A stretch of DNA of 31,402 nucleotides from a virus. Taxonomy: Duplodnaviria > Caudoviricetes. Shown here in pieces: positions 31,239 through 31,402 of the stretch; within the stretch, counting starts at the first letter, position 1; every line of letters begins with the position of its first letter. Below the pieces are notes generated by a model. That model was not told where the DNA came from and ran no database searches. It saw only the letters and a list, made by a program, of their open reading frames with translations. The stretch is from positions 1 to 31,402 of IMG/VR virus record IMGVR_UViG_3300049182_000045; one strand, 5' to 3'. Both the position numbers and the translations under genes were made by a program.

Positions 31239-31402
31239 ATGGCGACCAAGAAATCAGGAATCCAGCGCGCGCTGGAGATGTATGACGGCAAGAGCACGGC
31301 CCTCGCGGCTGCGATCGGATCTGGCGTCAGCCGCCAGAACGTCGAGCACTGGCTGAGCATCAACCGCGTTCCTCACGAGCGCTGCGCCCGAGTAGCCCTC
31401 GT
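31239..31402 (+). CDS. cro: Cro/YdaS-like regulator (3' truncated by window edge)
   Basis: MATKKSGIQRALEMYDGKSTALAAAIGSGVSRQNVEHWL...; GAGG RBS; divergent from the repressor. Confidence 0.8.
   Translation, partial: MATKKSGIQRALEMYDGKSTALAAAIGSGVSRQNVEHWLSINRVPHERCARVAL

Noticed and set aside
1-31402. CRISPR array, diversity-generating retroelement, retron or IS element
   Set aside because: I saw no repeat-spacer array, reverse transcriptase motif, TR/VR pair or transposase

Overview
The whole window is phage DNA from a GC-rich, temperate, podovirus-like (P22-style gene layout) phage. The host is probably in Burkholderiales, judging from the SSB sequence and the tRNA-Asp att core. Bases 1-19110 (+) form the late region: the 3' end of the portal, a fibre-like cassette, scaffold, major capsid, adaptor/nozzle, ejection proteins, tail fibre, lysis cassette and a large Pro-rich orphan. 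Bases 19463-31162 (-) form the early-left arm: an operon of small genes, an attP core (3' part of tRNA-Asp), an endonuclease-like gene, two C5 DNA methyltransferases, int/xis, SSB, recombination genes, a lipoprotein and the repressor. A cro-like gene starts at 31239 (+). Phage genes flank the att core on both sides, so this looks like the excised or virion form. Five observations stand out. (1) The endonuclease-like protein beside attP carries an N-terminal paralog of the integrase's own N-terminal (arm-binding-like) domain and is bracketed by TTTGGAATA repeats. (2) One C5 methyltransferase is split across two nested reading frames. (3) A four-copy covarying GNRA-hairpin motif abuts the RBS of structural genes. 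(4) A ~300-nt structured, partly tRNA-like non-coding region has a putative promoter of its own. (5) The lysis cassette has no recognisable spanin but encodes a 16-aa Trp-rich peptide. All product calls come from visual recognition of motifs and synteny; no searches were run.
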